DNA from: Hyphochytrium catenoides | Taxonomy: Eukaryota > Protista > Hyphochytriomycota | Assembly: GCA_900088475.1 (NCBI GenBank) | Contig: FLMG01004137.1 | Span: forward strand, 1-64,000 | Direction: 5' to 3' | Length of the DNA stretch: 64,000 nt | Part shown: in pieces, positions 12,813 through 25,900 of the stretch | How the letters are laid out: every line of letters begins with the position of its first letter | How positions within the stretch are numbered: position 1 is the stretch's first letter | Notes under the pieces: model-generated | Seen by the model: the letters and a program-made list of their open reading frames with translations, nothing else | Told to the model about the DNA's origin: nothing | The model's database searches: none | Made by a program: the position numbers and the translations under genes

Positions 12813-14164
12813 TCAGACCACGTTCCAGAGCTGTTTAATGGTCAACCCTTCGGGCAGGCTCTCCACAGCAAGGCCGAGTTCAGGATCAAAGACAGGCTCC
12901 CGATCCTTGTCCTTTCGCAAGGCTGACAAGTACGCTGCCAAGGCATCAGTTGAAGCATCGTCTTTGACAACCGTCTCCGCTTCGGCGTCCGTGATGGCCG
13001 TTGGGAGGGTTGGTTCGGGAGTCGACTCCACTTGCACCTCTACACCAAAGATGGGCTTCTTGCTGTACACCTGATGCAAACTTTCGATCTCCCTGAAGAC
13101 TTCATCCAGTTTACTCGCAGGGTCGATTCGGAAGCCTAAGACATAACCTCCGCTACGAGCCATAGTTTCCATCACCTATATCAACAGTTAATTTAGTATA
13201 TGAATACCACAGGAAGGTAACGAGGGTCCACGAGATTCTGAAGAAAACAGAGCGGTCTGCGTCGGGGTTTATACCAGTGCCATGCCAAACCGTGATTCTT
13301 TCGTCTTCACAGCCTTAAGCTGGATGTATGGGACGCTAATGTTAAAGTTTTCTGCCATGTTCGCGTGCCAAACCACCCGAACGTTTGTGATGAACATGCT
13401 ACCGATGTTGCCCTGGTCAGAGGAAAGGTTCCAGACTCCTAAGGTAAGAGGGGTCAGAAGGTGTCTCCTGCCTCTTGCTAAGGGAAGAATAGCTGTAGTG
13501 ATAGAGCCATACCGCCTTACCCGTCACTCTTGAGAAGATCTTCTCTTGAGGCAAAAGGATAAGTTCTTTATCCTTAACGATTGCTCCTCTCAGTCGAAGG
13601 TCACGATAAAGCTTGGACCCCTGATAGGCCCGGAATACGTGCTGGACTGTGACGAAGAGTGCAGGGTTTACCTTCACCAGGGACGTGAAGATAAACTCGA
13701 ATCGGCTGACTCCTTGTTTGCAATTTATGCAAAGCGCCTGGGTCTTGCCTCGGACTCTAGACGTCGCCACTCTAAGCGGGCAGAAATAATGCTAAGAATG
13801 AGTGCACAGCCTCTAGGGACTTAGTGATTGTGGAGTCAACCTGACAGACAAACTGAGCATGGTATTGTAGCCAATGCTGACGTTGATGCTGGGCCTTTGA
13901 TGACAGATCCACATCAGACGAAGGTTGGTGATCATCAACTGCCCCTTTTCGCCATTATTTCCCTTAGTATCTTCCACGGAGTGGATGGAGTCACAGACGA
14001 ACTCTCCCGGGCGACACTCGAGCTGTTTCGGGAATTGGTCCAGTCTAGCAATTCCATGACATAAGATATCACTTCAAGAAAAGAAGAGGTCAGACCCAAT
14101 TGATTGAAGACTGTACTAACCTAATTTCTCTGTCCTCCCAGACATATGCGTTCCAAGAATCCAT
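12813..14164 (-). CDS. BBS5: Bardet-Biedl syndrome 5 protein (BBSome subunit)
   Basis: [97 protein letters not shown]....LW. Confidence 0.97.
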
Positions 14165-16235
14165 CTTATCTCTTCTTTGCTACTCCCTTAGAGAGGCCCT
14201 GGCAAGAGCAATCTCCTAGAGACTGCGACTGGGACGGCTAACTCCGGGGTTCAACAAATACTTCGAACGCTGCAACTTTCAACGGTAAAGTCCGAAGACG
14301 TCTCGGTGAAGGTTATCGTGGCCGCCCTGCTGCTGACGGCATCATCGCAGTCTCCTCCCTTTTTTGCAGGCGAGACATCATCAGCAGGGCCTCCGCTCCT
14401 GCTCTTCGTCTCTCGTCTCCTCCTGTTGGCCAAGCCAGGCAGTGTAACCTTTCGTCCAAAAAGCCGTTACCCGATCTATTGCATTGTGGTACTACCGTAA
14501 CAGCACCATACAGCAACTACGTACTCCGCAGCTTCGAATGGGCGGAAAGGAGGTGATCGACTATAAAGGCTTTCAAAGATCTCTTGTTCATCATTGCTCC
14601 TCCGCCATCATCGTCCATCTTCATTTTTTAATCCTTCTTCCCACAACAGTAGCCTGCTGCTGTCTTTGAGATCCTATGATCCTATGGTTTCCTTCTGTTA
14701 TTTCCCTCATCAGATTCTTCTTTCCTGTCCAGCAACATGGACTTCATCCAACAATAGTCTTTTTAACGGCAGATTAAGAAGGATGCAATGTAGCCTTCTC
14801 GCCGTAACACTAGAAGAGAAAAGGGAAGAAATAAGGGCCTGTTGCTCTATTTTCACGTCCTCTCCTACCACTAGAGAGGAGTACTGTGTCTATATCTATT
14901 GACGTACTCCATATTGCAAAAGTTTTGCTTGATTGAAGGCAAGAAAAGGCAGTTGTCTGATAAGGATAATAACGCTACTATCAATAGTATAGAACAGGTT
15001 AGTGCGCGTCCTTCATCTCAAATACTGCTGCCGAGCTTCTACCGTTTCCTCTTATTATCACAAATTTTAGCGATTGAAAGACTTCTCATAGATGATGATT
15101 CACCATCATCTTCACCGCAGTGTGGAGTTTCATGATGGTGTAAGAGAGTACTCGAAGAGGGCATGTAGGTCTCTATGAGTATGGTCATTCAGTATAGTAA
15201 CCTCTGTGAGTACGTCCACTCAAGGGTGGTGTGGGATCTTCTTCCTGGCCCTGTCACCAAAAGAGTTGACTTGAGGATACGATGTGATGGTGTGCTTCGA
15301 CTGCCATAATGGTGGTGCAAGCACTGCCACCCCAAAGCTCGCTTTTCTACGAGAGCTAATTAGCTAACAGTAATGATGTATAATGGCACAGCTAGGTCCT
15401 GAATGGGAGAAGGGGGGTGCTAAGGCAGTCCTTCTCAGATTGGCCATAATAAGGAGGCTACTAGACCTCCAACTTAGCTCGCTATAATTCTAGCACTTAC
15501 AGAGTTCATCTCTTTTTCTTAGAAAGAAGGGCACTCCATTCCCTCTAAGGCGAACAATGTACAATGAGTCTGTCTCGACAGTTGGTGGTAGTCAAGTTTA
15601 AGTAGTCTCGAAGCTGAGTGCTTTTGCTGACAATAGCCGAGACTCCTCGAAGCAGATCCAAAATAGCATGAAACCTAACCTCAATCTCCAATTTTATCAG
15701 CGCAGCGGCGAAGTCTTTCTCTATATACCTTTACCATGGTCTTCATGACTTGGACCCCGCAGGAGCCATTTTTCTCAAAAATCTCTTCTTTCCTGTCCCG
15801 CCCATCAATCAGCAATCAGCTCACACTCTGATCTTCTGCCGACCTTTGATTTTTGATTATCAATGACGTTGCTCGACAAGCCGCCACTTGTACGCGGTAA
15901 AGGGAAGAAAATGGCGAACCCGCTTGTGCCGAGAGGCTGCGCTTCCTTTCTTGTCCTTATTACCACCTATCATTACCCCTTCATGACTACTGCAGTGTGT
16001 AACTCCGCGATCCTTTATATTGACCCCCGCTGCTTCCAAGTTCTACAGAGAGGAGCTTTAGCAGCGGCTTTGGTGAACTCTAGTTCTACAGCCAGATCTC
16101 CAACAAGAATTATGATTTTCCATCTTCAACGCGCACTTTCTCTTGAAATGAAAATGTGCTCCTTCTCTGCCACCCTCCTCACAGCGGAGTGGAGCTGCGA
16201 TCGTTCTCCTCTTTGTAAATAACAGCACTCGTAGG

Positions 16236-16279
16236 AGTAGAAGTTCTTGAGAGCAGGAAGTAGAAGTTCTTGAGAGCAG
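16236..16279. repeat. Short tandem duplication (period 23)
   Basis: AGTAGAAGTTCTTGAGAGCAG occurs at 16236 and 16259. Confidence 0.9.
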
Positions 16280-17792
16280 CAATAAATCCATGTATGGACC
16301 TTGGTCAGGACTTACAGTGAGAAAGGCCAACAAAAAAACATCAGAAAAGGGTGCACACAAATTTTCAATAGCAAAACAGGGTCGAGCTTCAAGCAATCCT
16401 CCATATAAAAATGGACAAAATGGACTCTAGAGTACCGAGAGGATATTTGGGCGACCGCCAAAAGCATCATTTTTACAACTAGGACTAAGGCCTTATTAGT
16501 AGGTTCACTACAAGTACACGAAAGGAGAAACCTTCCTAACTAATAGGAATATGACATATGACCTAGAACAGTCAATCCTGTGTTTGATTGACTATTATGA
16601 CATTATGACCACTTCATAGAGAGGGATTATTATTGTACCCTTATTTGTCTTGACAGGCTTGAGAGACTTCTTTCCTAGTAGACATTTCGCCACTCCTTCC
16701 CGGCCATACAGATTTGAGTTTGATTTGATACTTCTTGAGCTAACGTGCTCCACATAACTGGCAAGAGCTTCCATCTGTGTGATCCCAGGACAAAGCAAAA
16801 CGGGGTTTAATAAGAGCCACAACACCCTCTGTCCTGGTTAGAAGAGGAACCCCCCACAACACCGCCCTTGGACAAACAGGCTCAGAGAAGGACGAACTTG
16901 TTGTTACGAAGTCCTGTGATCGTCAAAGAATACTATAGTTGACTATTCGACAGCTTCATAAAATTTGACCATTTTGCTTTGTGAGTACGCTGGGCATTTC
17001 TCCCAAGGCTTTCTGAGAAATAAATCTGACACCCTTTTGATAGTTAACGGACATGCCATATCAATACCCCCTCTTCTCCAGTCAACCACTCATACAAACA
17101 ACCACAAAATCAAAGCCAAATTCCCATAGAAATACTGCCCTGTATCAGATCAACCATGGCCCTTTCCTTTCCCACCGCACTGGCTCCCTCTCCCCACCTG
17201 GCTAAGCCGCTAGTTCAGGTCTAAGGATCCCCACCAGCTTTATGGGGAAGCAAGTGTGATAGCCAGACCGAGCCCGTTACAACCCACAAAAGATCGGCTG
17301 AAGGCCAGAGCGAGTCCGACCTAAGAATAGCCGAATGCGATCAATAGTCAAACTTCCCCCTCAACTAACAGGCTAGTTAGTGCCAGCCAGTGTAAGGGGC
17401 TCCGCTCCTTACAGATAGAACTAATGTGGATTCCTGTCAAAACGGTCTGGGGGAGCGTCCATGCATGTTCAATAGCTTGGACTTGGACGCTTTCCTCCCC
17501 GTTACTCTATCTCTTGACACATTGTTTACCTGTACTGACCACTACTCTACCTCACCATGTCCATTTCGCGGCACCCGTCGTTCTGTGTGACAGCAGTGTG
17601 GAAGCTGGGAGCTCCAAGAGTCAAGAGTTCTGTCTAACTAGGGAGACACATCCTTCTTATCTTCTTCAGTAATTGACCTTCTTGGTATGTCACAAGAGCA
17701 ACCAAGGCAGCTTTGTCCAGCGGCACGATAGCGCAACCAGTCCCTTACAACCCAGAGGTCTGCCGGATCTACTCGGTGCTACCAGCAAAATC

Positions 17793-18275
17793 ATGATTGC
17801 TGCGCCACAGCGGTTGCCTGAGCTTCAGGGAAGCTTTCACAGCCTGGACACACAGTTTGCACCATGCCAAGACAAGCCTGCCCTACTTCCTGATGTGATG
17901 AAGAATGCTTTAATTCAGACGGAGAAAATAGCTAGAGAACATCGCATGAAAGCTATCTCCTTCCTGAAAGTAGCTGATGCTGCCTCGGCTGCCAAATGTC
18001 TAGAAGTAGCAGAGTGTCTCGAGGATGCTGTCCGACAGCAGCTCATGATCTACATCGCTACGTATGACGATGAGCATATGGGCAGCCAGAGCCCAAAGAG
18101 AAGGAGAAAAAGCTCGTCGGTTAGGTTCTCAGAATCTGAGGAAGTTCTAGGCCACGCAGATGCGGACTATGACCGGTCGCCAATTACTCCTTCTACCCCA
18201 AACCCAATGGAAGTTCTTGTCATTCGAGCGTGCAAGCACATCCCTCAAAGTGTCACTTCGGTTATCCGTTGCTGA
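17793..18275 (+). CDS. Small intronless protein with a putative PP1-docking RVxF...YDR motif
   Basis: 160-aa ORF from ATG 17793 with a helical core, then KRRRKSSSVRFSESEEVLGHADADYDRSPI. Confidence 0.7.
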   Translation: MIAAPQRLPELQGSFHSLDTQFAPCQDKPALLPDVMKNALIQTEKIAREHRMKAISFLKVADAASAAKCLEVAECLEDAVRQQLMIYIATYDDEHMGSQSPKRRRKSSSVRFSESEEVLGHADADYDRSPITPSTPNPMEVLVIRACKHIPQSVTSVIRC

Positions 18276-19835
18276 CTTCTCTGTATGCTGTCGTCTCAAC
18301 CAAACCCCTGTTCCGGCACGGACCCTACTAGCGAAGGGGCTGGAAGAGGCTTATGTCTATTTATTGTTGCCACAGGTCATTTTTCCAAAGCTTTTCAGCC
18401 TGGCATTTCAAAAACCCTATAGAGTAGCCAGGTTCCAGCGATCTCTTCTGTTCTCTAGCCTATTATACGACCTCGATAATCCTGTCGGCACGCCTAATAG
18501 AGTTCCATCAGTCGAATCCCTTATTGTAGCTCGCCGACTCCTCCCTAGCTCTTACTTCTTACGAGTTGCTGAAAAGATAATAGAAGCTGCACCACCCATA
18601 CGGTAGCGTCCTCTAGCCCAGTGAAAGTTGCGCGCTTTTGCCCCAAGACGAAGAGACGTCAATGGCTTTATTGTCAGCTTTGGACTCGGTACGTCGTAAG
18701 AGTTGGCTCTCAAATCACCATTAACAGCCCAAATCAATGAACTTCGGAGCTCTTACTATCAAGAAAGGGAAAAGCGGTCAATAAATGGAGAGCCATAGTC
18801 CTCAAGCACTTGTTTACCCTAATAATCATGCTGCCTTTGCCTAAAGCTATTCACTTTCCAGCGCATGAGCCGGTTAGGACCCTTATTGTACACTAGTTCA
18901 ATCAGCATAACACATTCTTCTTTCGTGGCTCCTACCATGCACAGCTAATACCCACCCTGCCTTTCCATTAGTTGTTTAGCATCGGCAGGTCCTTCCTTCT
19001 GGTCTACATTCGAACACTTGTATCACATGGCTGTACACTTTCAATGAGCCTCATTATGTTGTCAAGCCTGAGACGTTGAAAACTCTATAATAGGACAAAC
19101 TTTAATACCCATACCGAGAAAAGATAAACATTAAGAGCTAACAAAAGTTGACCAAGTGATAACAAGCAGTCGCACCGCAGGTGGTAATAGGGATATTCCC
19201 TGCCTACTAGCTAGCTGCCTGCAGGAAGGAGCTCAGACTGGCTTTCGAATGTATCGTCACGTTGCGGTATGTGTCAAGTACTCAGTATCACGGAGGAGGA
19301 ACGGACAGAGGTCGGAGTACTATTATTGTACATCACGAGTCAGGAGGAGCCTATGCAGATGGCTCTTTGAACGGCGAAGGGACATTGTCGACCGTTAACA
19401 GTCAAGAGCATCTCTTTCGTTTATCAGCCGTTAACGGCTCCTTAAAGGGACCTGAAGCGGCAATGGAGATTGTGAAGAAAGAGAAGAGATGAGCTTGCAG
19501 ATTTCTGGGAAAGACACTAAAGGAGCGCGCGCTCAGAGGTCATGAAAACCATTTGTGGAGGCTGTTGAGCTAGACACAGCTACACTGTCTTCGCTGACAC
19601 CCAACGCAGCTATCCCGCTGCCTGCCGCTGCCTGACAGTCACTATCTCAGTATTACATTTTCAAGACGCAAGTTGTTTCTTTGTTGATGGCTGCTTGCCC
19701 TTACCACTAAGCTAGTCACCAGCATGTGATCCATTTAGGCGTCGAGGTTGATATGTCAAGTTGAATCTTCGGCGGATATTATCTTTCTTTTGGACGAAGC
19801 TATAGGATTACAAGTTCTCCGTGCTGAGGAGAAAG

Positions 19836-22419
19836 ATGGATCGTTCGTTTGGCAGCGAGAATGATCTTTCCGGCCCGTCCGCGTTGAGGAGACGAGCTAA
19901 CAGTGTTCGACGCCTTGACACTCCTTTTGTTGCAAACGGATTTGATCAACCACCGCTGCGTTCACCTAGTCTCCGACGCCATGGCTCTGACCCTACCCTA
20001 TCACCAGCGGCAAGCTCAGCCAATAATCCGGGTGACGAGAACGAACCCTTCTTGGAAGGAACCGAGCAATCTGATCGATGTAAGTGCTTCATCACACTAT
20101 TTTAGCTCTTGCATACTAAAAGCCCTTTATGTTAGACTGGGGTGTGACGCTGTACAGGTCATTGGCCGCGTTGGGTGTAGTCTATGGTGATATCGGGACG
20201 AGTCCGCTTTACGTTTTCTCAGCCACATTTGAGCGGCAGGTCAACGACCTAAACCAGCTCCCGACAGAGTCGGATATAATTGGGACCTTAAGCACACTTA
20301 TCTGGTCTCTTTTCATTATCGTCTGCTTTAAGTACCTAGCGTTCATCCTTCAAGCTGATTATGAAGGCGAAGGTGGTGTCTTCTGCCTACTTAAACACCT
20401 ACCTCAAGAAAAGATGAGCAAGACGACAGCGGCTGCCACTGCCATGCTCACAATGTGGGGCGCCGCTTTGGTCATAGGAGATGGAGCCATTACCCCCGCT
20501 ATTTCTGTGCTCTCAGCTGTTGAGGGGATTACACTTCAGTATCCAAGCTTGGAGACAGCCGTTGTTCCGATTGCTGTCTCTTTGCTTTTGGTTCTTTTCT
20601 TGGTACAACGTTGGGGAACGGAAAGCGTCGGCCGTCTATTTGGGCCGATCATGTTCGTGTGGTTTGTCTGCATCGCTTCCACTGGACTCTATAACGTGAT
20701 AAAGTTCCACTACAACGTTCTTCGGGCCTTCAACCCATACTATGCTGTTATGTGGTGGGCTGAAGGCAACTACCAGGGTATTGAGGCTTGGAAGGCCCTA
20801 GGAGGCGTTGTGCTCTGTCTAACAGGAGCCGAAGCACTTTACGCTGACCTAGGGCATTTTGGCCGGACGCCAATCTATGTTTCGTGGTTTGGCGTTGTTT
20901 TTTGGAGTCTTCTTCTTCAGTATTGCGGCCAGGGAGCCTTCCTCATTGCTCTTAGTGAGCAGGCAGACAAGCAGCCTTATCAGTTGGCTCTCAGACAGGT
21001 GTTTTGGAGTGCCAATCCCGAGCCAATGTACTACCCAATGCTAGTCCTGGCCTCCATCGCTACACTGATTGCATCGCAGGCTGTCATCTCCGCTTGCTTC
21101 TCATTACTAAGCCAGGCTTCTTCTCTAGAGTTTGCTCCACGGGTGAACGTCATTCATACGAGTGAGCACCAGATGGGACAGGTAGGTGCATTTTTCCCGG
21201 TTCCGCACTAGCAACAGGACTAAAGTCGCTCCAGGTCTTCATCCCAGAGGTCAACTTTCTTTTAGCCATCATCTGCACAATCATTGTGGTGACGTTCAAG
21301 GACTCGGCTTCCATTGCAGGCGCATATGGTGTCGCCGTAACTTCAGCCTTCATTATAGGTACAATACATGCCTTTGGGATGTGGAATTTGGTCTGACACG
21401 TCACTTCCACATGCCTTTAGATTCAGTCATGTACGCTATAGTTGCTCGGGTGGCATGGCAATGGTCATGGATCCGGATCACTCCCCTTCTGGTGATCTGG
21501 CTAAGCGTGGACTTGCTATTTTGGACTAGTAACTTGACCAAGGTGACCCAGGGAGGATGGTTCCCGCTCGTGTTAGGGTTTTTCGTTCTCAGCATCATGT
21601 TAACGTGGACGTGGGGCAGGTAAGTAAACGTTCTCGCATAGCGAGAGCAAACAGTCTACTTACTGGATTCCAGGTCCCAAGAATCCAAACATGAAGAAGT
21701 GCGATCGACAGTCACCAAATTAGGGGCGTCGTATGATGTGCCAACAGCCAAGAAAGTCAAGATTATTACTTTGAAAGATCTCATGCAGGCCGTACGGAAC
21801 AAGGACCTGACTAGGAGCGCCGGGGTCGGCATATTTTTGACCAGAAACCCACAGACTCTGCCTCGAGCTCTCTCGAAGATGGTTGCACGCATAGGTGCGC
21901 TCCCCAAGTCCATTATTCTTCTCACTGTGAAGGTTGAAGAGGACCCCTTTGTTCTTGACGAAGATCGGATTAGTGTGAGAATGCTGGACCTGGCTAATGG
22001 TAAGTCTTGGACTCACATCTGCCAGCTAATCCCTTCCAGCATCTAAAATCCTACACTCTTTAGAGGTATACTCCATCGTCCTTCATAGGGGTTGGGCAGA
22101 ACCTCTATCGGCTATTCATGTTCCAGAGCTATTGAAAGAAGTTCCCAACGCCCTGGACTCTACCATTGGCAACTTGCAGTTCCTTTCCAGCATCGACACA
22201 TCTGATCCCGATGTGGAGATTCTTCTGCCCAACCCAGATGAGCCGATAACCTTCTATCTCAATCTGACGCGCTTCAAGCCGCATCCCCGCAAGAATCTCT
22301 TTCACAAGCTCCTATGCACGTATTTTAACATTTTGCAGTCTGTCAGCGTTAATCCTGTGAAGTATTTCAAGCTCCCAGTTAGCAATTGCGTAGAAGTAGG
22401 AAGCGTAACGTATCTCTGA
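19836..22419 (+). CDS. kup: KUP/HAK/KT potassium transporter
   Basis: Signature LGVVYGDIGTSPLY, plus ADYEGEGG, IGDGAITPAISVLSAVEG, GAEALYADLGHF, IASQAVIS, GQV.IPEVN, AYGVAV and GGWFP. C-terminus VEVGSVTYL*. Confidence 0.96.
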
Positions 22420-22905
22420 CCATTATCAACTATGACCAACTCTGTTCTCCAACATAAATTAAATTCTTGGGTTGCTTCATTTCCAATTTACGAATCCTTT
22501 GGAAAGCAATCGGAAATCACCATTTTGAACGGATGCTCGACGAGATTAATGACGAATAGGATCTCAATAGCCGGACGTCAGCCGAGGGGTGGGCATTCTA
22601 GAAATAGCCTCCTCAGCCCCAAGTGGCTTCAACTAACAAGAACCATTAGCGTACTGTCTTTTGTCCCCTACACTGTGCAGTTGTGGAGATGATTCAACCT
22701 CAAGGTAGCATTAGCCTTGGCAAATGCGTAGCGCAACGGCACTCTGCGATAATCCGGTAAGATAGGGACTGTTGATATTATAACCCACCATGTCACTAGA
22801 GCTTTGACCTGACGCTGTTGTCCTAACGGACATCAACGGCACTTGAGTAGAAGTGTGCCATCCGTAGTAGGCCGCCATGAGGAAACAAAATCCACCTTGA
22901 CGAGA

Positions 22906-25900
22906 ATGTATACTATCGGCACATCACGAGAACGAGGCGTGCACCGAAGTGCGAACTTTGGCGGCGGTGCCTATTATGAGTCGAGCCCAATGAAATCAAA
23001 TGCAAACAATATGTACGAGATTGATAAATCGTGCTCAGACTTGGCTACCGCAAGTAACGCACCTGATGCCTGGTTGGCGTGACGCAGAGCACGAACAAGG
23101 GAGGAGACCCGTCGAACTCTTCATGACCTTAATTGTCAGTTGTGTGAAGCTAAGCTGCAGCTGGAAGCAGTGCAAGGTCATGTAGCTTCTGCTATGCAAG
23201 AAGCAAAGGTTGTAGGGTATGTCCCTGGTCTGACCACGCTAGCTTAGCATTCTGTTTATCGATATTCTCTACATGCCTTTTTCTTATGAGTTGCACAGCA
23301 GCATAATATGCCTTCTTTTCAGCATAACGTATCCTATCCTCTTGAATAACCTACAGATTACTCTTCCATTTTATTTGAAGAAGGAGCCGCTCATAATGCG
23401 CTTCCCTGCGTAGGGAGGTCATTTCCTGCTCGAATGAAAGAAAAGATGCCATCAATGCCTTGATAGAAGACATACGGGCATCTCAGCAAATCCTCCGAGA
23501 CGATTTTGAGGTTAAACAAAGTTTGGTCTATGAACTACCGCCTCGCCCACATTTACCCCTCCTGAGTAGTTGGCTTTGCTCTTCAGTAACGAACCATGAA
23601 AAACCGGTTCTCCCTTACGTTTGGTTGTTAAATCCATTATCGCTGTGTCCGTCTTCTCGGAGTTTGCTTGACCTCTAAACACATCCTTCATAGAGGACCA
23701 AAAAAAGGAACGCTGATGTTGAAGCTGAGCTCGCAGAGAGATGCACAAGACTGGAAAGCTATGGATCATACTGCCACCAGCTCAAAAGATCCTTTGCCAA
23801 GCGAGCAGCAGAGGTTCAGGACGAAGACTCATTCTCCCGCCTCGAAGGTAGAGGACCTAGAGCCAGGCTCGGAGCAACTGTTCTGAATTTCCTATCTTTA
23901 TTGTACTGACCAACCGAGACATCGTAGAGGAGCGAGCTCTAATGATGGAAAACGACAACTCAAGCCATTGTCTACGCCAAAAGGTGCAACCAAGACTTTG
24001 TTTCCCTCTATTGCACTAATGGCTACTCGTCCTATGAAGTCCTAGCCCTAGCCATCATCTTTCTACAAAATACATGGGCAATATCAAGGGCAATCAAAGC
24101 TCTAACAACATTCGAGGGTTCTAGGAGCTCCGTGCAATGTTTATCAGCCTTATGAACGCCAACAGAGACGAATGTGAGAGACTAAATCTCATCCGAGCTT
24201 CTTTGGATGAAGTGGAGCATGTAGCAAGAGATGTGACAAGGGAGATTGAGCCGCTGATTGACTCACTGAGGCACGTGAACCTTGCGTTCTTGGACCTCCA
24301 GTACAGCACAGAAAGCCAAGCTCAAAATGTAACCAGGTCGGAACAGTGATTGTAAGGCTCCAAGACAAGCTGGATCAGCTTGTCTTTAGTGTTGTGCACT
24401 GTCAACCTTTCTTGCTAACTAGTGTTAGTTCTGGATCCGAGTCTCCGACGCTAGAAAAAAGAACTCATGATGGCCTAATGCTCCTTCGACAGACAAATCG
24501 CCGCTTACAAGGATGAAGCTCGAAACTTTGTGAGACTAAGTACAATGGATCCACTGTATGGCGAAAACTAAAGTCAGGATGAATCTAGGTGGTAGAAGCT
24601 GACACGTACGGTGCAGCGTATGCTGGACTTAGGCAGAAGCTGCGGATGGCGATTGCAGAGACGGGAAGTCTGAAGGTTAGAGCATATCTTCTTCTACCAA
24701 ACTTGGGAGCTGTAGTTTCCATCTTTTGGGATCTGACATGAAGGGTACCATCTGAACGGAGTTTGTTTGACCATCTCGCTTGGCCGGAAGCCAAGTATGA
24801 CACATTAATAGTATGATTAGACAGATGCCAGGGTGCAGTTGTTGGATCTGGAAAGATGCCAAATGACGGTAGAAGACTTCCTTTCGGCGGGATTTGAGCG
24901 CAAGGAGGCTGCAGAGGTAGATGTGGCATATGCTTCGTACAGTCATTTGCCTCACTTCGCCCGTAGCTAGCGCAAAACGAGGTTGATGAGTTAACCAAGC
25001 GTGTCCAAGCTGAACTCCAGATAATATCAGCCTCTTCGGTGAAGATCAACGAGTGTGAAGCGGGTATGCAGCAGTACTCACCTTACCAAGAATGTATCAT
25101 CAAGTTCCATCCCCTACTCAGACTTGGAAGGCATGACAGCCAAGATCAGTGGCAGTAGTACCGGCCTTGATATCTGGAGGGCCGAGATTGAACACCTCCA
25201 GGGAGTAGTAAGTGCTGCTCTATTGGCTCCTTGCTTTGCCAAAGCTTGGGCACACCGCAATTTTGCTTAGGTGACTGACATGCTATCAAAGATAAAGCAG
25301 AATGTCCAAATGGAGGTTTGGCAAAGTGAGAAGATTGGCTTCACTGAACTCGAAGGTGGTGCCTTGCGTAACCCAGCGGGCAAGTGACGGATCTTGTGCA
25401 TTTCAGTGCCTGCGTATTCTACCTACCCCAGACTCAGTAGATTCTCTGAACCCATGCAGACTCCGAAAAATCGATTTGCGGTGCCCTCTATAAAATGCTT
25501 TATGGGAAGCGAACGAGCAGCCTGCAACAAGAAATGGAGCTTCTTGGGGCAGATCAAGCCAGAGGTGTGCTAACTGGACTGAACAGAGAAAGACTTGAGG
25601 CGGTTGAGAGAGCCATCGACCTTCAGGTTAGGCAATTAACACCTTGTTCCTCATACACGCATAACTGTTTCACTCGGCGCGGTATCAGTGTCAGCAGTTC
25701 ATGGCCACCCAGAAAGAGGTCACTACCAAGGCGAAAGGTCCACTTTGAGTTCACCATTTTGGAATGCGTCTATTGTCACTGATTGGGTATCCCTAAATAG
25801 CCGACGCAGAATGCATGATTCTCCGTATCCAGCAGACAATTCTTGCTAGGGAAAAAGCTGGGATTGGCAAGCCTTTAGTAGCAGCAAACAGTGTCTCGTC

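Noticed and set aside
14210-14225. X-box-like palindrome (GTCTCTAGGAGAT, minus strand) upstream of BBS5
   Set aside because: It is a single imperfect match not seen at the other ciliary genes, and RFX factors are not expected in the inferred lineage.
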